Assembly (NCBI GenBank): GCA_020353515.1
Contig: CP070695.1
Location: forward strand, 4,300,503 to 4,364,502
DNA length: 64,000 nucleotides
Direction: 5' to 3'
Source of the DNA: Candidatus Heimdallarchaeota archaeon
Lineage (GTDB): Archaea > Asgardarchaeota > Heimdallarchaeia > Hodarchaeales > Hodarchaeaceae
Positions 1 to 9,397 of this stretch are shown here, piece by piece. Under the pieces are notes generated by a model. That model made no database searches. It had not been told where the DNA came from and worked only from the letters and a program-made list of their open reading frames with translations. The stretch's first letter is position 1; every line of letters starts with the position of its first letter. A program made the position numbers and the translations under genes.

Positions 1-388
1 TGGGATGGAATAATCTTTCACAGATAGTAAGATGGTTGATTATCTCTCTCTTGGTCTTTAGTTACTTTCCTAGAGAATCTATGATGAAATTGAGCAAACT
101 ATCCCTGGATCTCATAATATCCAATCTATACTCTCTCAAATTTAAAAAAAGAATTAGTAAAAATTTAGTTGTGACATTGAAGATGTATTTCTCAGTACTT
201 CTATCTCCAAAAAAAGTTGATATAGGAATCTAGTCACTATGGTGTAATAATTTAGATCGAGCATAAAATATAAGAGGTGTCCCCCCTTATCAAATAACAA
301 ATTAAAAGCATTAATAATTGCTATTATTCTAATATTATCAACTTTATCTATTACAATTCTCATCAATTACAGTAATTTAAAGAGAGAA

Positions 389-1891
389 GTGGTTTATGCA
401 GAGGGTACTTTGACAGAAGATACTACTTGGTCAGGTCTTATTCATGTATATGATACTGTGACTGTACCTAAAAATGTTACCTTGAAAATCCTCCCTGGAA
501 CATGGGTGGAATTTAAACATTATAGAGGGTATACAGAAGATACCTCAGTGAGTCTGTTTATCGCAGGTGGAACGGTAATTGCCATTGGAACTCCTTCTCA
601 ACAGATATGGTTTACTTCGGACGCAGAAGTACCAATAAACGGTGACTGGGGGGGGATCAGTTGTGCAGGAACAAATGCTACCGTTTTCAAGTATGTTATA
701 GTTGAGTTTAGCACAATAGGCATAGAACAGTGGAATTCTCGAGTCAATATTTCCCATTCAATTGTGAGATGGGTGAACACAGAGGGAATTGCGGTCTTTT
801 CATCTTCCCCACTTATTGAATATAACCTTCTCTACGGAAATGCTTATCATGAACTTATCCTGGAACTCCAGAATCCAAATGTCACAGTTCGATACAATAT
901 TTTCAAGGGTGGGCATAACGGAATCCATGTTGAAACCTCAAATGTAACTATCGAAGGTAATTACTTTGTGAACTACAGTGGTAGGGCTATCTCTGGGGTA
1001 GAATTCTCCAACATGTCAATCATAGGAAACAAGTTCGAAAATATTTCAGATGCACCAGTATGGTTAGGCCCTACGACATCAAATACCACTTTCGATAATG
1101 ATTTCGGAAGTGGCACTGTTTCAATTCCAAATCTCGATTTTCCAGATAGTAAACGGATAGAACTTGGATATATTCCTGGTGATTCCAAGGATCAATATCT
1201 TTACATCTACCCAGAAGTTGATGAAACACGTAGAGTTATTAAACGGCTTAAAAATGAATCTACTATTGGAGCTGCACTTACATACATGAATGGAAGTCTT
1301 TGGCGGTTTAATCTTGCATCTTACTCAAAAGGCCCCTACCAAGATTTTGTCAAAATTGATCCCAATACTGGAAAAAACACTTTCTATGGAAATGACTTTG
1401 TTTTCAATCCACGGGGGCTAGCGACCGATGGGCATAACTTTTGGGTCAATGATTTAACTTTGAGAAAGATCTTCAAATTCACCATCAATTCTTCTGGATA
1501 CCTAGAACTTCTCTACTCTTTTAATGTTTCTTATGTAGGAGGTTATGCTAGTCTTGCATGTGATGGAACCTTCTTATACACGCTTACGGGGTCGACCGTT
1601 CATAAAATTGATATGACGGGAAATCTGGTTTCAGAAATAACCTTTCAAGGAGCACCTCTTTGGGGTTCCATTGTATGGGCGGATAATTTCTTCTGGGGGG
1701 ATTCTGGAATTCATTTAACTAAGTGGTATTCGAATTGGACTCTTGCTGGTAAAATCTACCCCGTGGCATGGGGTACAGACGCACTAGCTTGGGATGGCAC
1801 CTATTTGTGGGCTTTACAGAGAACATGTGAACTGTGGACAGATGGAAAGATATTCCAAATAGAAATTATAAATGATCAGATAATTATTTGA
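389..1891 (+). CDS. Secreted or membrane-anchored protein with right-handed parallel beta-helix repeats and a C-terminal beta-propeller (glutaminyl cyclase/NHL-like)
   Basis: Repeating N-x-x-I-x-x-N-x-F beta-helix pattern, then LAxDGxxxW blades (LATDGHNFW, LACDGTFLY, LAWDGTYLW). The frame is open upstream to 251 and encodes a signal-like segment KLKALIIAIILILSTLSITILI, so the true start is probably near 277-290. Confidence 0.7.
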   Translation: MVYAEGTLTEDTTWSGLIHVYDTVTVPKNVTLKILPGTWVEFKHYRGYTEDTSVSLFIAGGTVIAIGTPSQQIWFTSDAEVPINGDWGGISCAGTNATVFKYVIVEFSTIGIEQWNSRVNISHSIVRWVNTEGIAVFSSSPLIEYNLLYGNAYHELILELQNPNVTVRYNIFKGGHNGIHVETSNVTIEGNYFVNYSGRAISGVEFSNMSIIGNKFENISDAPVWLGPTTSNTTFDNDFGSGTVSIPNLDFPDSKRIELGYIPGDSKDQYLYIYPEVDETRRVIKRLKNESTIGAALTYMNGSLWRFNLASYSKGPYQDFVKIDPNTGKNTFYGNDFVFNPRGLATDGHNFWVNDLTLRKIFKFTINSSGYLELLYSFNVSYVGGYASLACDGTFLYTLTGSTVHKIDMTGNLVSEITFQGAPLWGSIVWADNFFWGDSGIHLTKWYSNWTLAGKIYPVAWGTDALAWDGTYLWALQRTCELWTDGKIFQIEIINDQIII

Positions 1892-1937
1892 CAAAAGAAT
1901 ATCGTGAAAATTCTTGTTACTAAGTACTGGCTGACTA

Positions 1938-1962
1938 GGTGACATTTTAGTCAAATGTCACC
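1938..1962. terminator. Inverted repeat downstream of the beta-helix gene (terminator-like hairpin or operator)
   Basis: GGTGACATTT-tagtc-AAATGTCACC, perfect 10-bp arms. Confidence 0.4.
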
Positions 1963-2049
1963 AAACGCAGATTGTACTCAAAAAATGTTAAACAAGAATT
2001 CTAGATTAAATTATCTAATATTACTTTTCCTTGTTAATCTTTAGATTAC

Positions 2050-2280
2050 TAAACTATTATTCTCTATAGATATCTTTTCAGCTAGTACAGGTAGGTTATC
2101 TTCCTCTGCAATCGTGCTTGAAGAATTGAAATTTCGATCAAAAGAGGAATGAAATGAATTTGTTTTGCTTTAGATTTGGATTTTATGCAACAAATTTTTG
2201 AGCTTTTGAAGTACCTCGTCTTCTCCTAAGGCTTTTGATTTCAATAATAATTCACGTAATGTGAGCGCCTTTACATAAGG
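2050..2280 (-). pseudogene. Degraded relic of a TPR-protein C-terminus, paralogous to 4331..6148
   Basis: Minus-strand translation ELLLKSKALGEDEVLQKLKNLL then, after a frameshift, KAKQIHFIPLLIEISILQARL. This aligns by eye with ELLIDELRAYGEEEVFYKVKELI...ANKQKSQSLIIDTLILQAKL. Confidence 0.5.
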
Positions 2281-2396
2281 TTGAATTAAGTAAAATTAAA
2301 CAACTTTCCTTAGTTTTTAGATGAAAATCCTTATAAGGTTAAGAAATCTAAAATTTTTATTTTTGTTTAATTACAAGATTGCTTGACTGAAGAGGA

Positions 2397-4154
2397 TTGA
2401 TAATGAAGTTTGGTAACAAAAACAGTTTATTTTTAGGATTTTTAATAACATTCTCCTTACTACTGTTACAGATAATTTTATTCCCAATATGTTTTGCAAG
2501 TTCCTTAATTACAGAGCCTGTTAGTTCTTTCATGGCTGAAGGCTCTGGGTATAGCTTTGTTGGCGAAGAAATATTCAACCTTGCAGGTTTTCATGCCTAT
2601 AGTATTGGTGATTTCAATAATGACGGTTTTGATGATTTTGTTATTGGGGCAAGTCATTATAATGGATCTTGGATGCATGGATATGGTAAAATCTATCTTT
2701 TTTGGGGTCGACCTACTGAAGAATGGGCTTCTCACCCTCTTTCTGAAACATCAGTGTCGTTCATAGGAGAGAGTGATAGTGAAAACCTTGGACGATGGTG
2801 TGCAAGTCTTGGTGATGTAAATGGTGATGGATTTGATGATTTCGCTGCTAGCGCCGTTCGTCATGGGAATTGGTCAGGAAAAACGTACATCTTTTTCGGG
2901 AAGTCTGAAATTTCATGGGATCCTGAAACTCTTGTTTCTGAAGCAGCTAATGCGTCATTTATAGGTGAAAATATTGATGATTGGAGTGGTCATGGTGTTT
3001 ATGGTTTAGGTGATGTAAATAATGATGATTACAATGATCTCTTGATCAGCGGAGAATGGAATGATGAAGGAGGTTTGGATACAGGACAAGTGTATCTAAT
3101 ACTTGGTCGTCCAACTGATCAATGGACCAAAAACACTCATCTTCCTCAAGGTGCAAATGCGTCTTTTATTGGAAATTCAACCTTTCTCGGTTTGGGGGGT
3201 GATGCTGCTGGAATAGGGGATGTGAACGATGACGGTTACAATGATTTTGCAGTTTTTGCACAAAAAAATAATGATCTAGCTATTAATTTAACAGATTACC
3301 GCATAAGAGATGAACTTCCTCCTACTCTTCCTTCAAGACAGGTTTTCCTAATATTTGGTAGACCAACTAATCACTGGCAGATGAGTCAATCTATTTCAGA
3401 TGCAAATGCTTCCATGCTGTATGAACGATGGTGGGGGCCAAGTAATGATTTTATTTCTGGGGCAAATGATGTCAATGGTGACGGGATTGATGATTTCTTA
3501 GTTGGATCTTACATGGATGATACTGGTGCTACTGATGCAGGACGAACCTATTTGTACTTTGGTCGACCAACTGAACAATGGACTCTCTATCCTCAAGCAG
3601 ATGTTTCCTTTGTGAGTTCGAACCCTAACCAATGGTCTGGATTTTCTGTAGCAGGGGTAAATGATGTAAATAACGATGGGTACGCAGATATTCTTATTGG
3701 TGCACCAGAAAATTTTCTTGTTTATGATAATGATGGTTCAGCGTATCTTTTTTATGGAAGACCGACAGAAAAATGGCAATTGACACTTCAACTCTCCCAA
3801 GCTAATATTTCTTTTACAAGAGAATCTCATGGTGATGCTTTTGGCACTCATGTGGCTGGTGTTGGTGATGTAAATAATGATGGATTTCATGATTTTGTTA
3901 TGAATGCTGCTGCTTATGAAGATTGGAAAGGAAAAACGTATTTAATACTAGGTAGGTCTGATTTTACAATTACATCAACAGATACTATTACAACAACGCC
4001 TACTACATCAATATCTGATAGCATTCCAGATACTAATACAACCTCTACTACAACAATACTTGCAACTAATGGTACAGCTGCTGATTTTATTTTGATGATT
4101 CCAGTTGTTTTAGTTCTTGCCACTATTCACAAGAGACGAAGGAAAAATACCTAG
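2397..4154 (+). CDS. FG-GAP repeat (integrin-alpha-like beta-propeller) cell-surface protein
   Basis: N-terminal signal peptide. About seven GD(V/F)NxDG(Y/F)xD Ca-binding repeats with GxxYLxxGR. Thr/Ser-rich linker, C-terminal TM helix and basic tail KRRRKNT. Confidence 0.88.
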   Translation: MIMKFGNKNSLFLGFLITFSLLLLQIILFPICFASSLITEPVSSFMAEGSGYSFVGEEIFNLAGFHAYSIGDFNNDGFDDFVIGASHYNGSWMHGYGKIYLFWGRPTEEWASHPLSETSVSFIGESDSENLGRWCASLGDVNGDGFDDFAASAVRHGNWSGKTYIFFGKSEISWDPETLVSEAANASFIGENIDDWSGHGVYGLGDVNNDDYNDLLISGEWNDEGGLDTGQVYLILGRPTDQWTKNTHLPQGANASFIGNSTFLGLGGDAAGIGDVNDDGYNDFAVFAQKNNDLAINLTDYRIRDELPPTLPSRQVFLIFGRPTNHWQMSQSISDANASMLYERWWGPSNDFISGANDVNGDGIDDFLVGSYMDDTGATDAGRTYLYFGRPTEQWTLYPQADVSFVSSNPNQWSGFSVAGVNDVNNDGYADILIGAPENFLVYDNDGSAYLFYGRPTEKWQLTLQLSQANISFTRESHGDAFGTHVAGVGDVNNDGFHDFVMNAAAYEDWKGKTYLILGRSDFTITSTDTITTTPTTSISDSIPDTNTTSTTTILATNGTAADFILMIPVVLVLATIHKRRRKNT

Positions 4155-4288
4155 GTTACTACTGTAACCTCACTAACCTTTTTTCTTATTATTACTGATT
4201 AATTTTCCTTAGTTCTTCCATAAAAATGAGTTGTGATATTTCGTTTATAAAGTAAAAAAATATTTGATCAAATTCTTACAATGATAAC

Positions 4289-4312
4289 GTCGTCAATGAA
4301 GGATTTGACGAC
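4289..4312. terminator. Hairpin between convergent genes
   Basis: GTCGTCAA-tgaaggat-TTGACGAC, between stops at 4154 (+) and 4331 (-). Confidence 0.4.
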
Positions 4313-4330
4313 ATTTTATCACACGAGTCT

Positions 4331-6148
4331 TCACATTCCCCATTCTCTTTTCGTTTTTTTTGCTGAATTGATGTATTCAGCTAGTTGTGCTTGTTCCAAA
4401 CGTGATCCGAAAGGAGCATTACTTTGAATAAGTGCCTCCCATTTCTCATATTGATTTTTCAACGATATTTTCTCCTGTTGGACTTTGTTATCTAAGTACT
4501 GAATCTCTTTTTCACTTGCAATCAGTTCTACACGATCTAAAAGCTGCTGTGATGCATTCAGATCACCTTCTACCATTGAAAGCTTAGCCTGTAGAATCAA
4601 TGTATCAATAATCAATGATTGCGATTTTTGTTTGTTAGCTATTTCGTCTAAACGCTGGATCAACTCTTTGACTTTATAAAAGACTTCTTCCTCTCCATAT
4701 GCCCTTAATTCATCAATTAATAACTCAGAAAGCTCAAACATTGCCCTTACAGTGAGCGCGTGATCAAAAATTTTCTCAGATATTAGTTCTTCAAGGATCT
4801 CGGAAGATTTAACCTTCCTCTTTGCCCTTTTACTAGCTTTTAATACCAAAGCTTTGGCTAAACGATACCTTTGACTAATTGCGTTGTGTTCCTCTGTCGC
4901 AGTGATCTCTTGGAGTTGCTGCAAATATGATTGGGCTTTTTGAGGAAATCCAGAATATATTGAAAGCTCTACAAGATTAAATAAGGGCAAAGTTATATCC
5001 GGAAAGGCCCCGATCTCCTGAAATAGAGATAAACTCTTCTTAATTTGATCTGAAGCCTCATTATGTCTTCCCATTGAGCTATAAATTTCCCCAATATTGT
5101 TATAGCAAATTGCTAAGTCATGTTTATTCCCTAATTCTTCTATTAAGACTAGAGAATCTTGATAGTAACGTAAAGCCTGCTTTAAATCCCCTCTCGCTTG
5201 AAAAATCATTCCCATATTATTTAAACACAATGATAGAGGACGTTTTTGACCTGACTCTTTACTTATGACAAAACATTTCTCAAGACTCTTTAATGCTAAA
5301 TTCAATTCCCCTTGATTCACATAAATAAGACCGATGTTTAAATGTGATACAGCAATCTGGGAAAGGTTTTCCAATTCTTCAGCTATTGATAAGCACTTTT
5401 GAAAAAAGTCTAAAGCGTTCAGTAAACTACCCATTCTCCAAGAAATCATCCCAAGATTATTTAATATCTTTGCAGTTGCCTTCTTATTATCAAATTTGCC
5501 AAAAAGCTTCAACGATTCTTGAAAATACTCGTTTGATCTTTGATACTCGCCTTTTGCATTGTAGATTATCCCTAGTAAATTAAGACATTCCGCGATTTCA
5601 TACTGATTAGCGTTTTCTTTTCTGATGATTATTACTTTTTGCACAAAATCAAGAGCATTGTTATATTCTGCTGTTCTTACGAAAATTCGAGCTTTCAAGT
5701 AGTTCAAATCAGATTCTTTACTTCTGACTTGTTTTCCCAATTTATCCTCAAATATGTGGAGAAGTTCTTCTGCGTTTTTTATTAAGTTTAAACACGTTTT
5801 TAACTCACCAAGCTCTAATAGGGCTCTTATTTTTAAGAGTATAACATCGAATTCCGAAAATTGATCTTCAGTTTGTTTAACTACGTTGATAACCTTTTCA
5901 GTGAGGTCTAATCCTGATTGAAATTCACCTAGTTCATATAGGATTAGGATTTCAAGAATTTGTGTCTCAATCGATGCTACTTGTGTTATTTCACCGATTT
6001 TTTTTAGCTGTTCAAAAGTATCCAAGAGCTCATGGCTTTTTCCCTGATATAGTAGATTTTCTAGTTGATTAAGTTTAGCAAGAGAAGAGCTTAGATAATT
6101 ATGCTGTAATTTCAATTTGATACCTGAGAATAAATCTGAAATGGCCAA
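4331..6148 (-). CDS. Tetratricopeptide repeat (TPR) protein
   Basis: Tandem ~40-aa repeats LNNLGxIYxxxGxxxxALxxFxxSL. Confidence 0.88.
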   Translation of the reverse strand: MAISDLFSGIKLKLQHNYLSSSLAKLNQLENLLYQGKSHELLDTFEQLKKIGEITQVASIETQILEILILYELGEFQSGLDLTEKVINVVKQTEDQFSEFDVILLKIRALLELGELKTCLNLIKNAEELLHIFEDKLGKQVRSKESDLNYLKARIFVRTAEYNNALDFVQKVIIIRKENANQYEIAECLNLLGIIYNAKGEYQRSNEYFQESLKLFGKFDNKKATAKILNNLGMISWRMGSLLNALDFFQKCLSIAEELENLSQIAVSHLNIGLIYVNQGELNLALKSLEKCFVISKESGQKRPLSLCLNNMGMIFQARGDLKQALRYYQDSLVLIEELGNKHDLAICYNNIGEIYSSMGRHNEASDQIKKSLSLFQEIGAFPDITLPLFNLVELSIYSGFPQKAQSYLQQLQEITATEEHNAISQRYRLAKALVLKASKRAKRKVKSSEILEELISEKIFDHALTVRAMFELSELLIDELRAYGEEEVFYKVKELIQRLDEIANKQKSQSLIIDTLILQAKLSMVEGDLNASQQLLDRVELIASEKEIQYLDNKVQQEKISLKNQYEKWEALIQSNAPFGSRLEQAQLAEYINSAKKTKREWGM

Positions 6149-6307
6149 TAAATACCCTCAATAACAATTGATGTTATACATGATTTTTATGCACTTCCTC
6201 ATTTCCCTTTTTTAGGTTTTATTGCAGGTTTTCCGATAGTAGTGCATGATTTCTGGATGACGGAATAGATCGTCCTGCCCAATACCCTATGAGTAAAATT
6301 CTTTCTA

Positions 6308-7477
6308 TTAAGATCTATAAGAAATTGTAAGATAGAAATTGTAACGTATTGCTTCTTGTTTAAGGTATTGGATATCTTTATTTGAATAACTCCCCTTCCC
6401 TCTGATCCTTACTTTCATAATGGCTATCAATCCGTTTAATTTTTGACTTTGTGAGGAATATATGTCTTTATGGATCCTATAAAGAATATCTAGGGTTTGT
6501 TCTGTATAATCTGTCATGGAGTGTTTATTTAAATCCCAATCAATGAATATCATTCTAATAGCTGGTACCTTATGAAATTTGTACTCAATAGACTGAATTC
6601 CGTCTCGTGACGCATCTATTTGACCAATTATATACCCTTTAGGTTCATTTCTCTCCGCGATGGAGACTCGTTCGAGAGTTCCAGCATAAGAGATCACAGG
6701 ACCTCTAATGGTGTGTGAATTTGGGTTTTTTCCATTATTAAAATGCCACGAATTGTTAGGGTAATTCTGTTTTACAGAACAGTATTCATTAGTTGATTGG
6801 AAAGAATTCATTCTAACATTTTGAAGAAATTGAAAACGATGGACATGACCACAAGCGATGTAGTTAAACTTTTGGGGGATTTCTCGGAACGAAATGACAT
6901 TATGACCTCTTCGAAAGGTGTAATTTTCAATACATGATCCTTCTATTAGCTGATGAATAACTAAGATAGAATAATCCACTTTACTTGTCAGTTTTCCATT
7001 ACTTCGATTCCAACCTCTCTTGACTAGTGAGCTGAATTTCTTCTTGACATATTCTCTAATGTAAGGAAAACCAGTTAACTTGATTGTAACACCATTTCTC
7101 TTAAAAATAAATGAAGTTGGTTTTGTAAACAAGTTGATATTTTCGTTTGAAAAAGGAAGAAGACCTAGAGGAAGTTTACTTCTTTCATGGTTCCCTGGAA
7201 GAATGTAAAGCGGAATCTCTTTGTGGATTGCAGGTTGAAAAGCCTTTACTGCCCGATCAACAACATCAGGTGGAGGTTTACTCCTATTGAAAAAATCTCC
7301 TGAATGAATGATGAAATCAACCTTATGATCTGAAACTGCTTTTTGAATAACGCCAGCTATTTTCTGAAAAAATAAATCCCCATAAGCACGACGGTATAAA
7401 TTCTTGGGATTTAAAGCGTAATGAACACCAAAGTGACTATCACTGATATGTAAAAATCTGATATATTCTTCACTCAC
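6308..7477 (-). CDS. Mre11/SbcD-like metallophosphoesterase (DNA repair exonuclease)
   Basis: HISDSHFG, HSGDFF, PGNHE, IHQ, GHVH, then YAGTLERVSIAERNEPKGY typical of SbcD/Mre11. Confidence 0.85.
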   Translation of the reverse strand: MSEEYIRFLHISDSHFGVHYALNPKNLYRRAYGDLFFQKIAGVIQKAVSDHKVDFIIHSGDFFNRSKPPPDVVDRAVKAFQPAIHKEIPLYILPGNHERSKLPLGLLPFSNENINLFTKPTSFIFKRNGVTIKLTGFPYIREYVKKKFSSLVKRGWNRSNGKLTSKVDYSILVIHQLIEGSCIENYTFRRGHNVISFREIPQKFNYIACGHVHRFQFLQNVRMNSFQSTNEYCSVKQNYPNNSWHFNNGKNPNSHTIRGPVISYAGTLERVSIAERNEPKGYIIGQIDASRDGIQSIEYKFHKVPAIRMIFIDWDLNKHSMTDYTEQTLDILYRIHKDIYSSQSQKLNGLIAIMKVRIRGKGSYSNKDIQYLKQEAIRYNFYLTISYRS

Positions 7478-7710
7478 TTGAGTGAACCTCTGTAGTTAAA
7501 CTCATTAACTTCCTCCCTTTATCCTTAAAACCGTTCTCACCACCGAGATCAAAATAAAACTAGATCTAAATCCATTTATTTCATGAGTATCGTTACTGGG
7601 AGTCATAACAATGATAATTATCTTAAGAGAAAGCACTTATCGCAAAAAAAGGGTGTAGATCTAATAGAATAGAAACATTTGTTCGTATAAACCATAGTTA
7701 GGTGTAAGGA

Positions 7711-8073
7711 ATGGCTGGAATCGTCTTTATGAAAACTACAAACTTAAAGAAGACCAAAGAATTCTATATGGATAAAATTGGAGCAAAAATCTGGGTAGAC
7801 CAAAAAGACTGCATTATATTCAAACATGATAATTTTTTGTTTGGATTCTGTGAAAGAGATAAAACTGATCGTGGTTGGTTATTAACATTCTTTTTTAGAT
7901 CAAGAACCGAAGTAGATGAAATATATGAAAAAGTTAAGGATTTAGCTACAACGAAACCAGTAAAAAATGATAAATACCAGATTTACCAGTTTTTTGCGAA
8001 AGATCCAGATGGCAGGGATCTTGAGTTTCAAGCTTTCCTCCATGAAATTGATTTCAATTGGGATCTCTATTAA
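7711..8073 (+). CDS. VOC/glyoxalase family protein
   Basis: Motifs TKEFYxxxIG and FFAKDPDGRDLEF; 120 aa. Confidence 0.85.
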   Translation: MAGIVFMKTTNLKKTKEFYMDKIGAKIWVDQKDCIIFKHDNFLFGFCERDKTDRGWLLTFFFRSRTEVDEIYEKVKDLATTKPVKNDKYQIYQFFAKDPDGRDLEFQAFLHEIDFNWDLY

Positions 8074-8074
8074 G

Positions 8075-9307
8075 TTATGGCATCCAATCGAGCAATCGGG
8101 GATAGCCTATATCAACAAAATCTTTTTTGATTTCACGGATTTTTTCAAAAATTGGGACCTTAAGTCCTTGAAGCTGGAGATCAGAAATAATTTTTTCGAG
8201 TTTAGGCTGAATATTTTTAATGCCAGCAATCAGTCTAGAATACCCACTTATGTATATTTCAGTTAATATTTCATTAGTATAAAGTGGTAATTCTCTATTT
8301 AATCCGCCTGATAATACCTTTAATCCATCTTCAATCCCCAAACTGTTTGGATCACGGCAGATTTCTAATAATTTCTCAAAACATTCTTTATAAGGATGAT
8401 AAATATTTCGTGCTATTACGCCACGAAGATACATCTGTTTTGTCTGCTCTATATTAAATAATGAGAAAGGAATAGTTGTCATGTATTCCGTCATTAAAAG
8501 GTCTTGAGAATCGACAATAGACCCCGAGAGATCTTGACTTCTTTCATAAATATCTAACGGTAAAACAATGCCAGTAATTTCACGAAATGCATCAATTATC
8601 TCGCCAGGTGTTAGCCGGAATTGAGTATAATAAACACCTACTCCTGTTAACATAATAAAAGCCTCTCCAAGCGTTTCTTCGATTCCTGTCACTGCAAAAT
8701 CAGGTAAAAAAATGACATTATCGTGAATAATAGCATGCACTGGCTGTTTAAGGTAGAATCCTTTGAAATCTTCCCTTTCTATCATTTTACGCCATGATGG
8801 AATGAATAAGATCTGTTTCAAACTACCAAGATCAGTTTCAATAGGTTCTTGAGCTTTTTCAGCTTCTTGGCGTACTTTCATTCTTTCTTCTCTATACTTC
8901 TTTGTCTCTAATTCCTCACGACGTTTAATTTTTTCTGATTTAGTTTTTACAGCTCTATCAAGCTCTGATAACCGTGTTTGGATCTTTGATTCAACCTCTT
9001 TTAAAAAATCCTCCCGTAATTGAGAATATCCATGGTCAGTAAGATATGTTTTAAATTCAAGCAGGGATACGCCTGTCTTTGGGTCATATGGTCCTAATTT
9101 TTCGAAATACTTTTGTATCACTTTCAGAATTTTCTTCTCTCGAGATATTTCCTGTAATTCCTTTCTCAAAGTTAATTTATCTTCTGAATCATTTGATTCA
9201 TACATGGTCAAATTCCCACTATTTTCTTCCAAACTTGACTTCTTTCTGTAATTAAGAGCTTTTCGAGTATGAAAAAATATTCTTTGTATTAATGCTTTGT
9301 CACTCAC
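8075..9307 (-). CDS. Hypothetical protein with a central coiled coil and a globular C-terminal domain
   Basis: 410-aa ORF with a charged helical segment (about aa 100-155). No recognised catalytic motif. Divergent from GTPase 9398. Confidence 0.7.
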   Translation of the reverse strand: MSDKALIQRIFFHTRKALNYRKKSSLEENSGNLTMYESNDSEDKLTLRKELQEISREKKILKVIQKYFEKLGPYDPKTGVSLLEFKTYLTDHGYSQLREDFLKEVESKIQTRLSELDRAVKTKSEKIKRREELETKKYREERMKVRQEAEKAQEPIETDLGSLKQILFIPSWRKMIEREDFKGFYLKQPVHAIIHDNVIFLPDFAVTGIEETLGEAFIMLTGVGVYYTQFRLTPGEIIDAFREITGIVLPLDIYERSQDLSGSIVDSQDLLMTEYMTTIPFSLFNIEQTKQMYLRGVIARNIYHPYKECFEKLLEICRDPNSLGIEDGLKVLSGGLNRELPLYTNEILTEIYISGYSRLIAGIKNIQPKLEKIISDLQLQGLKVPIFEKIREIKKDFVDIGYPRLLDWMP

Positions 9308-9397
9308 AAATCAGATTTGATAGATAAACTTGCTGCTGAATGAAAATATTTTTTATTATTTCAAGGTTAGTTAAAAATAGCTAAGGAGCTTAGTAGA

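Noticed and set aside
1-366. Short ORFs 36..233 (+) and 154..366 (-)
   Set aside because: No recognisable motifs; the second is antisense to the signal-peptide region of the first real gene.
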